From NCBI GenBank assembly GCA_965203275.1, contig OZ241865.1:256001-320000 (forward strand): a stretch of DNA of 64,000 bases, written 5' to 3'. Below, in pieces: positions 9,874 to 19,879 of this stretch. Position 1 is the stretch's first letter. Each line of letters begins with the position of its first letter. A program made the position numbers and the translations under genes. Source of the DNA: Bdellovibrionales bacterium (GTDB lineage: Bacteria; Bdellovibrionota; Bdellovibrionia; Bdellovibrionales; JAUICD01). The notes under the pieces were generated by a model. The model had not been told where the DNA came from and did no database searches. It saw nothing but the letters and a program-made list of their open reading frames with translations.

Positions 9874-11097
9874 ATGGTAATGTTTGAGTATAAAGGACTT
9901 ACTAAGCAAGGCAGGAACACTCATGGTACAGTGGAAGCTGACAGTATTCGGATGGCTCAGACCAAGCTGAAGCGAGATGGTATTTTTGTTGTAGATATCA
10001 AAAGTAAAAGAAAGGCTGCAGGTAAAAAATCTTCTAAAGTTCAAAGCCGGAAGGCTTCTACAGAAGATATGTCCTTAATGACTAGACAGTTAGCTACTCT
10101 TTTAAAAGCTGACATCCCTCTTGTTGAAACCTTAGGAGCTGTGAGTGAGCAAGTAGAAAATTCTGCACTTAGAGAAGCTCTTTCAGAGATAAGAAATCAA
10201 GTGACAGAGGGTCAAGCTTTGCATAAATCTCTAAAAAAATATCCTCACTTTTTTAATAAAATTTATGTTTCTATGTGTGAAGCTGGCGAAATGTCAGGTA
10301 CATTGGATATCATTTTATTACGTTTAGCAGAATTTGCCGAAGCAGAGGATCAGCTAAATAAAAAAATCAAATCGGCCATGCTTTATCCTATTATTATGTT
10401 GGTTTTTTCACTTATTGTCTTAGTTGTGCTTTTCATTTATGTGATTCCTAAGATCACAACAATTTTTGAACAATCACCAGACCTGACACTCCCTTGGTAT
10501 TCTGAAATGGTTATCAATTTTAGTGAGTTTTTAGTCAATTATTGGCTCATTGTATTTATAGGAGCTTTTGGAGCATATTCATTATTTCATCTTTGGAAAA
10601 AAACACCTACAGGTTCTGTCACTTGGGATAAAATCTTTCTTAAAATCCCTCTTGTAGGGCATTTAGCCCGCATGATTGCTGTCAGCCGTTTCACACGGAC
10701 TCTTTCAACTCTTTTAACTGGAGGTGTTCCTATGTTGCAGTCTTTAGATATCGTTAAAAATGTAGTGAATAACTCTGTTCTAGCAGAAGCCATTGAAAAT
10801 TCTAGGGATAATATCAGTGAAGGAGAATCCATTGCAGCTCCTTTAAAAAAATCAGAACAGTTTCCTCCTATTGTGATTCACATGATCAATATTGGTGAAA
10901 AAACAGGCGATCTTGAAAATATGCTCACACAGGTTTCAGATGCCTTTGATTTTCAAGTCAAAACTAAAGTGGAGGGATTGACAAGTTTACTTGAGCCAAT
11001 TTTTATTATATTCATAGGGCTTGTCATTGCAGTGATTGTGATGTCTATTATGGTCCCTATTTTTGAGTTATCCAATGTTGGTACTGGAACACCGTAA
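9874..11097 (+). CDS. gspF: Type II secretion inner-membrane platform protein F
   Basis: TRQLATLLKA, AGEMSGTLD, SAMLYP, SRFTRTLSTLL, GEKTGDLE, LLEPI. Confidence 0.88.
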   Translation: MVMFEYKGLTKQGRNTHGTVEADSIRMAQTKLKRDGIFVVDIKSKRKAAGKKSSKVQSRKASTEDMSLMTRQLATLLKADIPLVETLGAVSEQVENSALREALSEIRNQVTEGQALHKSLKKYPHFFNKIYVSMCEAGEMSGTLDIILLRLAEFAEAEDQLNKKIKSAMLYPIIMLVFSLIVLVVLFIYVIPKITTIFEQSPDLTLPWYSEMVINFSEFLVNYWLIVFIGAFGAYSLFHLWKKTPTGSVTWDKIFLKIPLVGHLARMIAVSRFTRTLSTLLTGGVPMLQSLDIVKNVVNNSVLAEAIENSRDNISEGESIAAPLKKSEQFPPIVIHMINIGEKTGDLENMLTQVSDAFDFQVKTKVEGLTSLLEPIFIIFIGLVIAVIVMSIMVPIFELSNVGTGTP

Positions 11098-11130
11098 ATC
11101 ATAGACCATAAACCATAGGCCATAGACCAT
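11098..11130. repeat. Short heptamer tandem (CCATAGA-like) between convergent genes
   Basis: atcatagaccataaaccataggccatagaccat. Confidence 0.6.
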
Positions 11131-11152
11131 TTTAAAAACACCTGCCAGGCGA

Positions 11153-12580
11153 TTAAGGATCTCTGCAAGGTCTATTGCTATTGTAACTGCTATAAAAGAG
11201 ATAATCATTCATTTGAATATGGTGTTCTTGATGATTGTTAGCTAAAATAATATCTCCTGATGATTTAATATATCCATGTGAAGAAAACCTATCTAAAATA
11301 ATCACAATGTCAGGATCACTATTGAGTACATCAAATGAAGTACTACCTAAATGCCTTCCACACAGAACCCAAGCTTTTTTACCGATAAATCTTTTTTTGT
11401 TGGCTTCTCTGTTGGCTCCGTTTAAAGACAAAATAAAAGGATTGCTTGCAGTGATTGTTTCTAGTTTGTCTTTGTCTATACTTTTAAAGCCATGCTCTGG
11501 TACATAAGTACCAGCCATACCAGGGGATATGATTCGGTAAGGTCGATTGTGTATAAATTGCCGACAGATCTCGCCTTCTTCATGTCGATAATAGCTATAA
11601 AAAACTTGTCCGTCGAATTGATTTTCTCTACTGGCCCAGCGGTTGCCAGCGATAATGACATCTCCTGCAGTTTTGACATAACCATGAGAAGAAAAATTAG
11701 ACAAAATCATTACAAGACGAGGGTCTGTATTGATAACATCGAATGAGTCATTGGCAAAGTGTTGCCCACACAAAATCCAAGCGGGTCTGCCAATAAGTTT
11801 CTCTCTATCTTCTTCTCTGAGAGATTGTACAAAAGGACTCCTTTCGGTTAAGACCATTGTTTGATATGGTCTCATACTATTTAATATAGTATAAAAATCA
11901 TTAAATACATAAATACCTCTCTCTGAGGTAATAACACTACCCTCCTGTCCTGTTGAAAGTGTACCTGTCATCCCTATAATTTCGTTTTGCAAATGAGTTT
12001 CTAAAATATCTGGATCTAAACCAGTAACACCTGTGAGATCAGTGTTGTAGAAATAGACTGAATAATCTACCTGAACAGGAGCTTTATTGATTCGACTGAT
12101 TCGACGGTTATTGATTCTATGGATTCGATCATCATAAAATTGAGCAATTTTAGATTCTATTTCATTTTGCTTATGAAAAATAGCTCCTGTAAAATTAGTA
12201 TTATTGAGCTTGGTTTCACCAAATCCATAAAAAGAACTCCAATTGGTTCCTGGGAGATAGCTATTTTGAAATTGAGCTTCTTCCAGGTCACAGCCTTGAA
12301 AATCACTCTGAGTCAAGATAACATTTTGAAGGTTAATACCCTTTAATCGTCTGTCCTGGCATTGCACTCTTTGTAAATTAATCACAATATCTGGATATTG
12401 TGATCTCAATGCATTAAATCTAGCAACATCTCCTCTTAAAAAAAGCGTCCTTAACTCTCGAGAAATATTTCGAAAAAAATGCGGTGATACTTCTTTAAAT
12501 AATTTTTCTGTTGCATCCCAATTCATATCCCCATAAACAGGCAAACTGATGACACATAAGATACAAAATAGCTTTTTCAT
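11153..12580 (-). CDS. Secreted protein with pentapeptide repeats and a duplicated C-terminal domain
   Basis: Signal peptide MKKLFCILC after GGGAG; pentapeptides LKGIN/LQNVI/LTQSD/FQGCD/LEEAQ; two copies of AW.LCG.H...SFDV.N.DP...FSSHGY.K..GD. Confidence 0.75.
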   Translation of the reverse strand: MKKLFCILCVISLPVYGDMNWDATEKLFKEVSPHFFRNISRELRTLFLRGDVARFNALRSQYPDIVINLQRVQCQDRRLKGINLQNVILTQSDFQGCDLEEAQFQNSYLPGTNWSSFYGFGETKLNNTNFTGAIFHKQNEIESKIAQFYDDRIHRINNRRISRINKAPVQVDYSVYFYNTDLTGVTGLDPDILETHLQNEIIGMTGTLSTGQEGSVITSERGIYVFNDFYTILNSMRPYQTMVLTERSPFVQSLREEDREKLIGRPAWILCGQHFANDSFDVINTDPRLVMILSNFSSHGYVKTAGDVIIAGNRWASRENQFDGQVFYSYYRHEEGEICRQFIHNRPYRIISPGMAGTYVPEHGFKSIDKDKLETITASNPFILSLNGANREANKKRFIGKKAWVLCGRHLGSTSFDVLNSDPDIVIILDRFSSHGYIKSSGDIILANNHQEHHIQMNDYLFYSSYNSNRPCRDP

Positions 12581-12815
12581 AAGAACTCCCATAAAAACTC
12601 CTGTACACTCCTTTACATAAACATAAAATACATAAAAAGTCTTTATAACAAGCCTTATAAATTCTGTCAAGTACCTTTTGTGTTATTTTTTCTTTTGATT
12701 TAAAGGGGAATATTAAAATACACAAGTGATTCTTATGGTTTATGGCTTTATTCTTTTTAAAATTCTTTTTAAAAATACTCCTCTGCCCACATCATGCCAA
12801 CTTTATTTTGCTAAG

Positions 12816-14171
12816 CTAAGTGGTTAGAGTCAGGCCTAATTCAAAAATATCACCTGCCCCTAAGGTCAACAAAATATCTCCTTCTGAGAGGGCATTTTTA
12901 ATTTCATGGGTTAGTTTTGGATTTTGTTTATTCCATAATCCCATATATTTTCTTTTACAAGTCAAAAGCATCTCTTCACAGAGCCTTAACGATGTAATAT
13001 TTTCAATAGGTTTTTCTCCTGCGGAATAAATATCAAAAATCATCAGCTCATCGACTCCTTCAAAGCAAGTTTTAAATTGTTCCCAGCATATTTGGGTTCT
13101 AGTAAATCTATGTGGCTGGAAGGCGACCACTAGACGTTTTTGGGGCCATTTTTCTTTGAATGTTTGAATTAAATATTTAATTTCTGTAGGGTGATGCCCA
13201 TAATCATCATAAATAGGAATATCTTGATAGTGTCCTTTAAATTGAAATCTTCTTTCTATGCCTACAAATTCATTGATAGCTTTGATCACATCCTTATTAT
13301 GAAGGCCACACTCAATACCTACAGCAATAGCACCGCAAGCATTTAAGGCGTTATGGTGACCAGGCAAACTTAAATGAAAGTTCCCTAGATTCTTCCCTTG
13401 AAAATAAACATCATAGCCATCAGAAACTTGTTTCATTTGGTAATCATTATGATCTTCAAAACCATACCTTCGTATTTTTTTAGGAAAATCTGCAAAAACT
13501 TTGCAGATCAAGGGATCATCTCCACACACCACAGCAAAACCATAGAAAGGTATTTTAAGAGCAAATTCTAAAAAAGTTTGTTGTAAGTGTTCAAAGTCTT
13601 GGTATTGATCTAGGTGATCATTATCTATATTGCTCACTAGAGCAATTTCAGGGGATAGTTTTAAAAAACTTCTATCACTTTCATCAGCTTCTGCAATCAA
13701 CCAATCCCCTTGACCTAACTTAGAGGTACTTTTGATTAAATTCAACCGTCCTCCGACGACAATGGTAGGGTCCTTGTGGGCTTGCAAAAAAATAGAAGCC
13801 AATAAACTTGTTGTAGTGGTTTTGCCATGACTTCCTCCCACAGCGATACCTCTTTTAAACCGCATGAGTTCAGCTAACATTTCTGCTCTTGGGATCAGTG
13901 GTATATTTTGCTTTCTAGCCCATTGCATTTCTGGATTATGGTTTGAGACACAACTAGAAAACACAACCACATCAGCTTGACCTACATGTTCTTTAGCATG
14001 TCCATAGAAAATAGGAATGCCTAATGTAGAAAGATCTTGGGTGTATGTACTCGACACAAGATCACTTCCAGTGACAGTAGCTCCCATATTGTGGAGTAGC
14101 TCAGCAAGACCGCTCATACCCACTCCGCCAATCCCTATAAAATGAAAACTTAAAGAATGAAATTCCATCAC
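12816..14171 (-). CDS. murC: UDP-N-acetylmuramate--L-alanine ligase
   Basis: HFIGIGGVGMSGLA, GSHGKTTTT, EADESD, DNDHLD, DDYGHHPTE, FQPHR, LGAGD. Confidence 0.96.
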   Translation of the reverse strand: MMEFHSLSFHFIGIGGVGMSGLAELLHNMGATVTGSDLVSSTYTQDLSTLGIPIFYGHAKEHVGQADVVVFSSCVSNHNPEMQWARKQNIPLIPRAEMLAELMRFKRGIAVGGSHGKTTTTSLLASIFLQAHKDPTIVVGGRLNLIKSTSKLGQGDWLIAEADESDRSFLKLSPEIALVSNIDNDHLDQYQDFEHLQQTFLEFALKIPFYGFAVVCGDDPLICKVFADFPKKIRRYGFEDHNDYQMKQVSDGYDVYFQGKNLGNFHLSLPGHHNALNACGAIAVGIECGLHNKDVIKAINEFVGIERRFQFKGHYQDIPIYDDYGHHPTEIKYLIQTFKEKWPQKRLVVAFQPHRFTRTQICWEQFKTCFEGVDELMIFDIYSAGEKPIENITSLRLCEEMLLTCKRKYMGLWNKQNPKLTHEIKNALSEGDILLTLGAGDIFELGLTLTT

Positions 14172-14225
14172 ATAGTACTCTGCCTTAAAAATACATTTAT
14201 TTCAAGAGGATATTCTAAATGTGAT

Positions 14226-14801
14226 TTAACGTTGATAGCATTGACGTTGGATGAAATGTTTTTGCCAATTTGAATGTAGCATCACACAACCAAAAAGTTT
14301 TGCCTCCATTCCTTTAGGGAAAGCAAATAAAACTTTTTGCGAGAAAGAAGCAGGTTTTCTAGCAGATGTAGCTTTGACTTGAATGCGGGCTATATAATCA
14401 GTAGAAAATTTTGTCTCTTGTAGTTTTTTCAAGCTCAAGAGTTTCCATCCACTGGCAAAAACCGGCACAGGTTTTTTTGCTATATCTGTAGGAGGGCCGG
14501 GCAAAACCACTTTGTATTGGGTTTTTCTTTGTAGGCATCTGGTTTTGGCAATACTTGATCTTGTTTGCCCCCACATCTCAGCTTGCATCCAATATGTAAT
14601 AAGTCTTTTAGCTATGGTTTTATTGATTCTTTTTGGACAAGCTTTATAGGCAGGTGTTTGATTAACAGGTTGATTGAGTGCTTGTGGAGTTCTGTAAATT
14701 TTATTTTTTCCCACAAACATCATCTCTTTAGCAAATGCCAATAAATCTGTAGCAGAAAACAAAATAAATAAAAATAAGGTTGTTTTTAATATTCGGTACA
14801 T
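14226..14801 (-). CDS. Secreted basic hypothetical protein with four Cys
   Basis: Signal peptide MYRILKTTLFLF...LAFA after GGAG; overlaps the upstream gene end by 16 nt. Confidence 0.7.
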   Translation of the reverse strand: MYRILKTTLFLFILFSATDLLAFAKEMMFVGKNKIYRTPQALNQPVNQTPAYKACPKRINKTIAKRLITYWMQAEMWGQTRSSIAKTRCLQRKTQYKVVLPGPPTDIAKKPVPVFASGWKLLSLKKLQETKFSTDYIARIQVKATSARKPASFSQKVLFAFPKGMEAKLFGCVMLHSNWQKHFIQRQCYQR

Positions 14802-16471
14802 AAATTCTCCTTCTCTGTTTGACATCCACCTAAACAATCTTCATTAGCTAAGCTAGGACGCTTATCCTCTTGAGTTAGGCAATTGTTTTTTTTATCTGAA
14901 CTCGCTTCTGTGTCATTTGCAGCATGCCGAATAACGTTGAAGGGTGGAGGTTTTCCCATTGCACTTATAATTTCACTTGCTGTGCGGGCTTCGGATGTAG
15001 TTGGAAAAAATCGACGAAGGCAGACAGCACTTAAATACTTTCTCATGCGTAGCCAATCAGGGTTAGGTCTCCCAGCCCACAATGCACCTGGTGTACAATC
15101 ACCTCCTGTTTGTTCACATGTCTTCCATTTGTCACTTTCTGCCTCAATACTAGGGTCTAATCTTTCGGCCAAGTGAAGATAACTCTCAAAATTCGTTTGG
15201 TCCTGATCATCCCAACAATCATCGCAGTTTTCTCCTTCAGCACAAGGAGTGTGATTAAAACCGCTATTAGCAGGATTATTCATACAAGTTTTATTATTAT
15301 GTTGATATTGAGAGACAGCACGGGTTAAGCTTTGTGCATATTGAATGTATTGATGTTCATTAAACTTCATACTGCCTGGTCCGCCACCTGTTCCAGAGGA
15401 ATGATTTGTCCTTATCTGTAATTGAGCAAAGCTAATATTTTCTTCTTTACAACCATCTACATTATTAGGGTTGGGGTTACGAAAAAATGGATCACCGGTT
15501 GCTTCCACAATCATAACATGACCAGGAGCATTACTGTTACCACTATTTAAAGTTATAATATCTCCTGACTCGATCTTGTTATTTTCTTGAGTTATGTCGA
15601 CTGTCCTTAAACAGCTACAACTTGCATGATTATCAGCTAAGTTATTATAAAATGAGCTAGGATAAGATTGTTTCAGTTCATCCTCTGTTGTCCCTTGCCC
15701 TAGGTCTTCTGATAATACGTCTCCACATTTTGCATTGTCATCGCTTCTTTGTATCATGCGGTGTCCAGCTAAAGCCATAGCTGTCGTCACATATTCAGAG
15801 CAGTTCCAACCTAAAAACATCTGATTATTATGCCCTCCTGTTTTATACTTAAAAATATCAATTTTGCCATCTGTTTGATCGTGGTAAGCATAACCTTCGC
15901 TAGCTAAAGCAAATAATGTAGGGCATCTTTTTTGCTCACCTCCAAAATTACATTGCGTGTGTTGTTGACAGACAGACTCTTGTGGTAATTTGTTATAAGG
16001 ATGACTACTCATCACGTCATTATAATTATCAACAAAAGTGCAAGCTTTGCCATCATTAGTTTGATATTCACATGGTGGTCTCGAAGGTGCTGTACGATAA
16101 CCTTTTAAAAAGATGCCATTATTAGAGTCACTACTGTATATTACATTAAACCAGTCAACTTCATCAAAAGCTTTACAGCTACCATAAGATAAAGCCATTA
16201 ATTTTCGAATATGTTGCACATTATCTGGACACTGTACTGGAGTACTGGGAGCTGTTGCTGCACCCTGCACCACCTCATTTGTTCTGCTTATAAAGTCTGT
16301 AAAAGTATCACGACACCCTTCACACATTAGATGTGTAGCTGTAGGAGAGGGCGTATAACTTTGCCCTACTTGAGGATTAAGCAATAAAATACTTACAATC
16401 CATAAACCACAAGACTGTCGAAATATGAGGCGACTTAATGAGCAGATTTTTAAATTGTTTAAAGCTTGCAT
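14786..16471 (-). CDS. Secreted Cys-rich protein with an NlpC/P60/CHAP-like papain-fold catalytic dyad
   Basis: GWNCSEYVTTAMALAG ... SGDII ... GHVMIV; signal-peptide-like N-terminus. Confidence 0.65.
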   Translation of the reverse strand: MQALNNLKICSLSRLIFRQSCGLWIVSILLLNPQVGQSYTPSPTATHLMCEGCRDTFTDFISRTNEVVQGAATAPSTPVQCPDNVQHIRKLMALSYGSCKAFDEVDWFNVIYSSDSNNGIFLKGYRTAPSRPPCEYQTNDGKACTFVDNYNDVMSSHPYNKLPQESVCQQHTQCNFGGEQKRCPTLFALASEGYAYHDQTDGKIDIFKYKTGGHNNQMFLGWNCSEYVTTAMALAGHRMIQRSDDNAKCGDVLSEDLGQGTTEDELKQSYPSSFYNNLADNHASCSCLRTVDITQENNKIESGDIITLNSGNSNAPGHVMIVEATGDPFFRNPNPNNVDGCKEENISFAQLQIRTNHSSGTGGGPGSMKFNEHQYIQYAQSLTRAVSQYQHNNKTCMNNPANSGFNHTPCAEGENCDDCWDDQDQTNFESYLHLAERLDPSIEAESDKWKTCEQTGGDCTPGALWAGRPNPDWLRMRKYLSAVCLRRFFPTTSEARTASEIISAMGKPPPFNVIRHAANDTEASSDKKNNCLTQEDKRPSLANEDCLGGCQTEKENLCTEY

Positions 16472-16560
16472 TTTTATACCTTTAAAAATCTTAATAATAT
16501 TTTCAATTTAAAAAGACTCTTATTTAAAAAGCTTTTTAAAAGTGCTATCTTATAAATTCT

Positions 16561-16588
16561 TTGTCGGCAAAAACATCAAATAAATTTA
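16561..16588 (-). promoter_or_regulatory. sigma28-like promoter
   Basis: Minus strand TAAA-N16-GCCGACAA. Confidence 0.4.
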
Positions 16589-16845
16589 CAAAATAACTCT
16601 TTTTCTTTTATCTTTTCACACAAAAGTCTAGCTATCCTATAATATGCTAACTTTGTTTCAAAATGAGACATTTATTTTTTGAAAGGCAATAACCTCTATA
16701 ACATCTCAATATTTTATAGATTTGACTGCCTCAAACTTCTTAATCTTGAAAAAAGAAAATCTATTAATTCACCCTTTTTATTACATTGCTAAAATGAGAG
16801 TTTTTTAAGACAATTCATAAAGAACTATTTTAAAAAGGTTATGCC

Positions 16846-18321
16846 ATGCCACGTATCACAAGTTTTGAAAATATAAGAGCAAATTCCCATATTCACCTAA
16901 TGGGCATCTGTGGTACAGCTATGGCTAGCTTAGCAGGCTTACTCCAACAAAAAGGTTTTCAGGTCACTGGAAGCGATCAAAATATTTATCCGCCTATGTC
17001 GACACAACTTCAAAAATTAAATATTCCTATCGTCGAACAATTACAAAACCTAAAATCACTACCAGATATCGTTATTGTGGGCAATGTTATGACACGAAAA
17101 CATGCAGAAGTGGAATTTTTACTTAACTCGCGAATTCCATACACTAGCCTACCAGAAATGATAGGTCAGTTGCTTATCGATCAGAAAAAAAGCATTGTAC
17201 CTTGTGGCACTCACGGCAAGACAACTTGTACAGCTCTTTTAAGCTGGATTCTTAAAGCTTGCGATAAAGATCCAGGCTTTTTGATTGGAGGGATTCCTCA
17301 AAACTTTGAATTTTCTTTTCATTCATCTTCTGAAGATATTTTTGTGATTGAAGGCGACGAATATGATACAGCGTTTTTTGATAAAGTCCCTAAGTTCACT
17401 CATTATAAACCTCAATATGTGATCCTGACATCCATTGAAATGGACCACATAGATATTTACCCTGATTTCAATGCAGTTAAGGTAGCCTTTCAACAACTGC
17501 TCAGAATAATCCCAACAAAAGGTCTTCTTGTAGCTAACGGGGAAGATCCTGTTGTGTGTGACATGCTTAAAATGGCACAATGCCCTTATTTTCTTTATGC
17601 TCTCTGTCGTGAAAAATCTTATAAGCCACCACATTATTGGGTAGAAAATATCCAAAAGCAAAAAGAAGGCATTAGCTTTGAGGTGCTATCTTCTGATAGC
17701 AGTAAAAATATAACCCTTGAGCTTTCTCTTTTTGGTCATCACAATATAGCAAATGCCCTCGCTGTGTATGCCCTTATTGCAGAAATGCCTTTTGCCCTTT
17801 CAAAAAAGGCTATTCAAAAAGCCTTTAAAACTTTTTTAGGTGTTAAAAGAAGGCAAGAAATTATTGGAAGAGCTGGAGGTATTGTGGTGATAGATGATTT
17901 TGCCCACCACCCCACGGCTGTTAAACAAACCATACAGTCTGTTCAAGAACATTTTAAAGGGGAGAAGGTGATTTCTATTTTTGAACCTCGATCAGCAACA
18001 TCTCGTAGGGCTATTTTCCAACAAGAGTATGTCGATGCTTTTGTAGATGCTCAGTTTGTGATCCTATCTGATGTCTATAAAAAAGACATGCTAGCTTTAG
18101 ATGAAAGACTAAATATTGAAAAACTTGTTTTAGATATTCGAAATAAACAAACAAATAGGCAGAAGGTATTTGCAACAAAAAGTATAGAAGATATTATTCG
18201 TTTAACTCGTCAAAATGTATGTAAAGGAGATGTTGTTTTAATTATGAGCAATGGAGGGTTTCAAGGGTTTCATTCAAAGCTATTATCTGCTTTAAAAAAC
18301 AAGTATTATAAACAAAATTAA
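16846..18321 (+). CDS. mpl: Murein peptide ligase
   Basis: HLMGICGTAMASLA, YPPMS, GTHGKTT, EGDEYDTAFFDK, DDFAHHPTAV, FEPRS, MSNGGF. Confidence 0.93.
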   Translation: MPRITSFENIRANSHIHLMGICGTAMASLAGLLQQKGFQVTGSDQNIYPPMSTQLQKLNIPIVEQLQNLKSLPDIVIVGNVMTRKHAEVEFLLNSRIPYTSLPEMIGQLLIDQKKSIVPCGTHGKTTCTALLSWILKACDKDPGFLIGGIPQNFEFSFHSSSEDIFVIEGDEYDTAFFDKVPKFTHYKPQYVILTSIEMDHIDIYPDFNAVKVAFQQLLRIIPTKGLLVANGEDPVVCDMLKMAQCPYFLYALCREKSYKPPHYWVENIQKQKEGISFEVLSSDSSKNITLELSLFGHHNIANALAVYALIAEMPFALSKKAIQKAFKTFLGVKRRQEIIGRAGGIVVIDDFAHHPTAVKQTIQSVQEHFKGEKVISIFEPRSATSRRAIFQQEYVDAFVDAQFVILSDVYKKDMLALDERLNIEKLVLDIRNKQTNRQKVFATKSIEDIIRLTRQNVCKGDVVLIMSNGGFQGFHSKLLSALKNKYYKQN

Positions 18322-18997
18322 TTATTTTTTGTTTGAGATTTATGCAGAATCTAAAAAGAATAAAAAAAACAAAAAAATACAAACATTTTGTTTATCCGGG
18401 ATCTGGGAACTGAGAGATGGGAACCGGCAACCCGGGATCTGGTTTTAAAGCATTGATTGTAATGAATTTTTGCATCTAAAAAATTTCCTCCTGAGCCCTT
18501 GGCGGGTTTAAAAAGGACTTTTTCCTTAACATGGAGTAAAAAAATGAGGAGATCCTTTCTACTCAAAGTGAACAGGCTTTTGAGGCGATGACCATTTTGT
18601 CAACGGCGAAAGCCGTTGCGGTCATCGTCCAAAAGTGACCAGAGGTCAGTTCACTTTGAGTGAAACAAAGGCATGATGCATTTTGAGTGAAAATGACGGC
18701 TAGACCACTTTTAGTGAAACAAAACAAGCTGATAAATTAGGAGCTTTTTTATATAAACTGTGTAAAAATACTTAAAGTTAAAATTGATCTTTTCCGGAAT
18801 CCGGGATCCGGGATCTGGGATCCGGCAAGCGGGCAACCCGGCAACAAAAGGAACTTTTTCCTTAACATCGTGTTAAGAAACGAAGAGATCCTCTCTACTC
18901 AAAATGAGCAGTTTTTTGCGGCATTGCTCTTTTTAGACAGCGTAAGCTGTCAGAGCAATGCCCAAAAACACACCAGAGGTGTGGCTCATTTTGAGTG
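18319..18997 (+). repeat. Repeat cluster: A-rich module, heptamer blocks, two full Family 1 cores (18561-18661, 18897-18996) and stacked end fragments
   Basis: The core at 18897 matches the core at 9110; 18319-18378 matches 9331-9390. Confidence 0.9.
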
Positions 18998-19000
18998 GAA

Positions 19001-19792
19001 TCAAATGCTGGAACCAAAAGTGACTTGTCTTTGAGGGCAATAAGCATTCGGGTCATCTATTCTTTGAACAACAACATCCATATATACATAAAGCGAACCA
19101 TTAGGAGTGTTATGTCCTCCAGTAAAACTTGCACCTATCTGAGGATTTACAGGAGAAATACTCACTATTTCACCATAAGAGCCATAAGCTAAGAGTTCAT
19201 AATTTCCAAAATTTGCTCCTTGCAAAGTGGCCTGTCCAAATTGATTATCTGATTGAACTTGATAAGGTATATTAGGCTCTATGTAACAAGGGTCATAACC
19301 ATATCCATATCCATGTCCATAACCGCCTCTGTCATAAGCACCACCATGTCCATAGCCACCTCTGTCATAACCACGACCATAACCACTTCTGCTGTAGTAG
19401 CCAGTAGGATTGATCAAGTCACTAAAAACCACTTCACCTCTTATATCTACAGGTCCGTTTCTTCCATTTTGTCCATATCCATATCCGCTTCCATATCCAT
19501 TTCCATAGCTGTTGCCATAATTGCCATGAAGAGGCAAAAACTCTAAGCGAATTTCATGTCCATTGTTATTGTATCCGATATAAACATCACTACCAAAATA
19601 ATGACCACCAGAGTAATGACCACCACCAGCTCTATAACCAAGATGGCTAAATCGGCCTTGTTTGTTTTTCCCACAGCCAATAGGGGAAGCTACTATAATT
19701 ATTGCAAAGAGAGCTAATATCCCCCTGCGACACAAGGTACTGTTTTTAACAGATGCAATATTTTTAATGACAGATTGACTTAAGCTTTTCAT
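19001..19792 (-). CDS. Gly/Tyr-rich lipoprotein
   Basis: Lipobox PIGC, GYG and YDRGGYGHG repeats, AGGAG RBS. Confidence 0.75.
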   Translation of the reverse strand: MKSLSQSVIKNIASVKNSTLCRRGILALFAIIIVASPIGCGKNKQGRFSHLGYRAGGGHYSGGHYFGSDVYIGYNNNGHEIRLEFLPLHGNYGNSYGNGYGSGYGYGQNGRNGPVDIRGEVVFSDLINPTGYYSRSGYGRGYDRGGYGHGGAYDRGGYGHGYGYGYDPCYIEPNIPYQVQSDNQFGQATLQGANFGNYELLAYGSYGEIVSISPVNPQIGASFTGGHNTPNGSLYVYMDVVVQRIDDPNAYCPQRQVTFGSSI

Positions 19793-19879
19793 AACTTTTA
19801 CTCCTTAATAATATTTTTACTTAATATTCTCTTTTTATTTATTTATTGCCTTATTTATTTTTTAATCCATCTAATCCGT

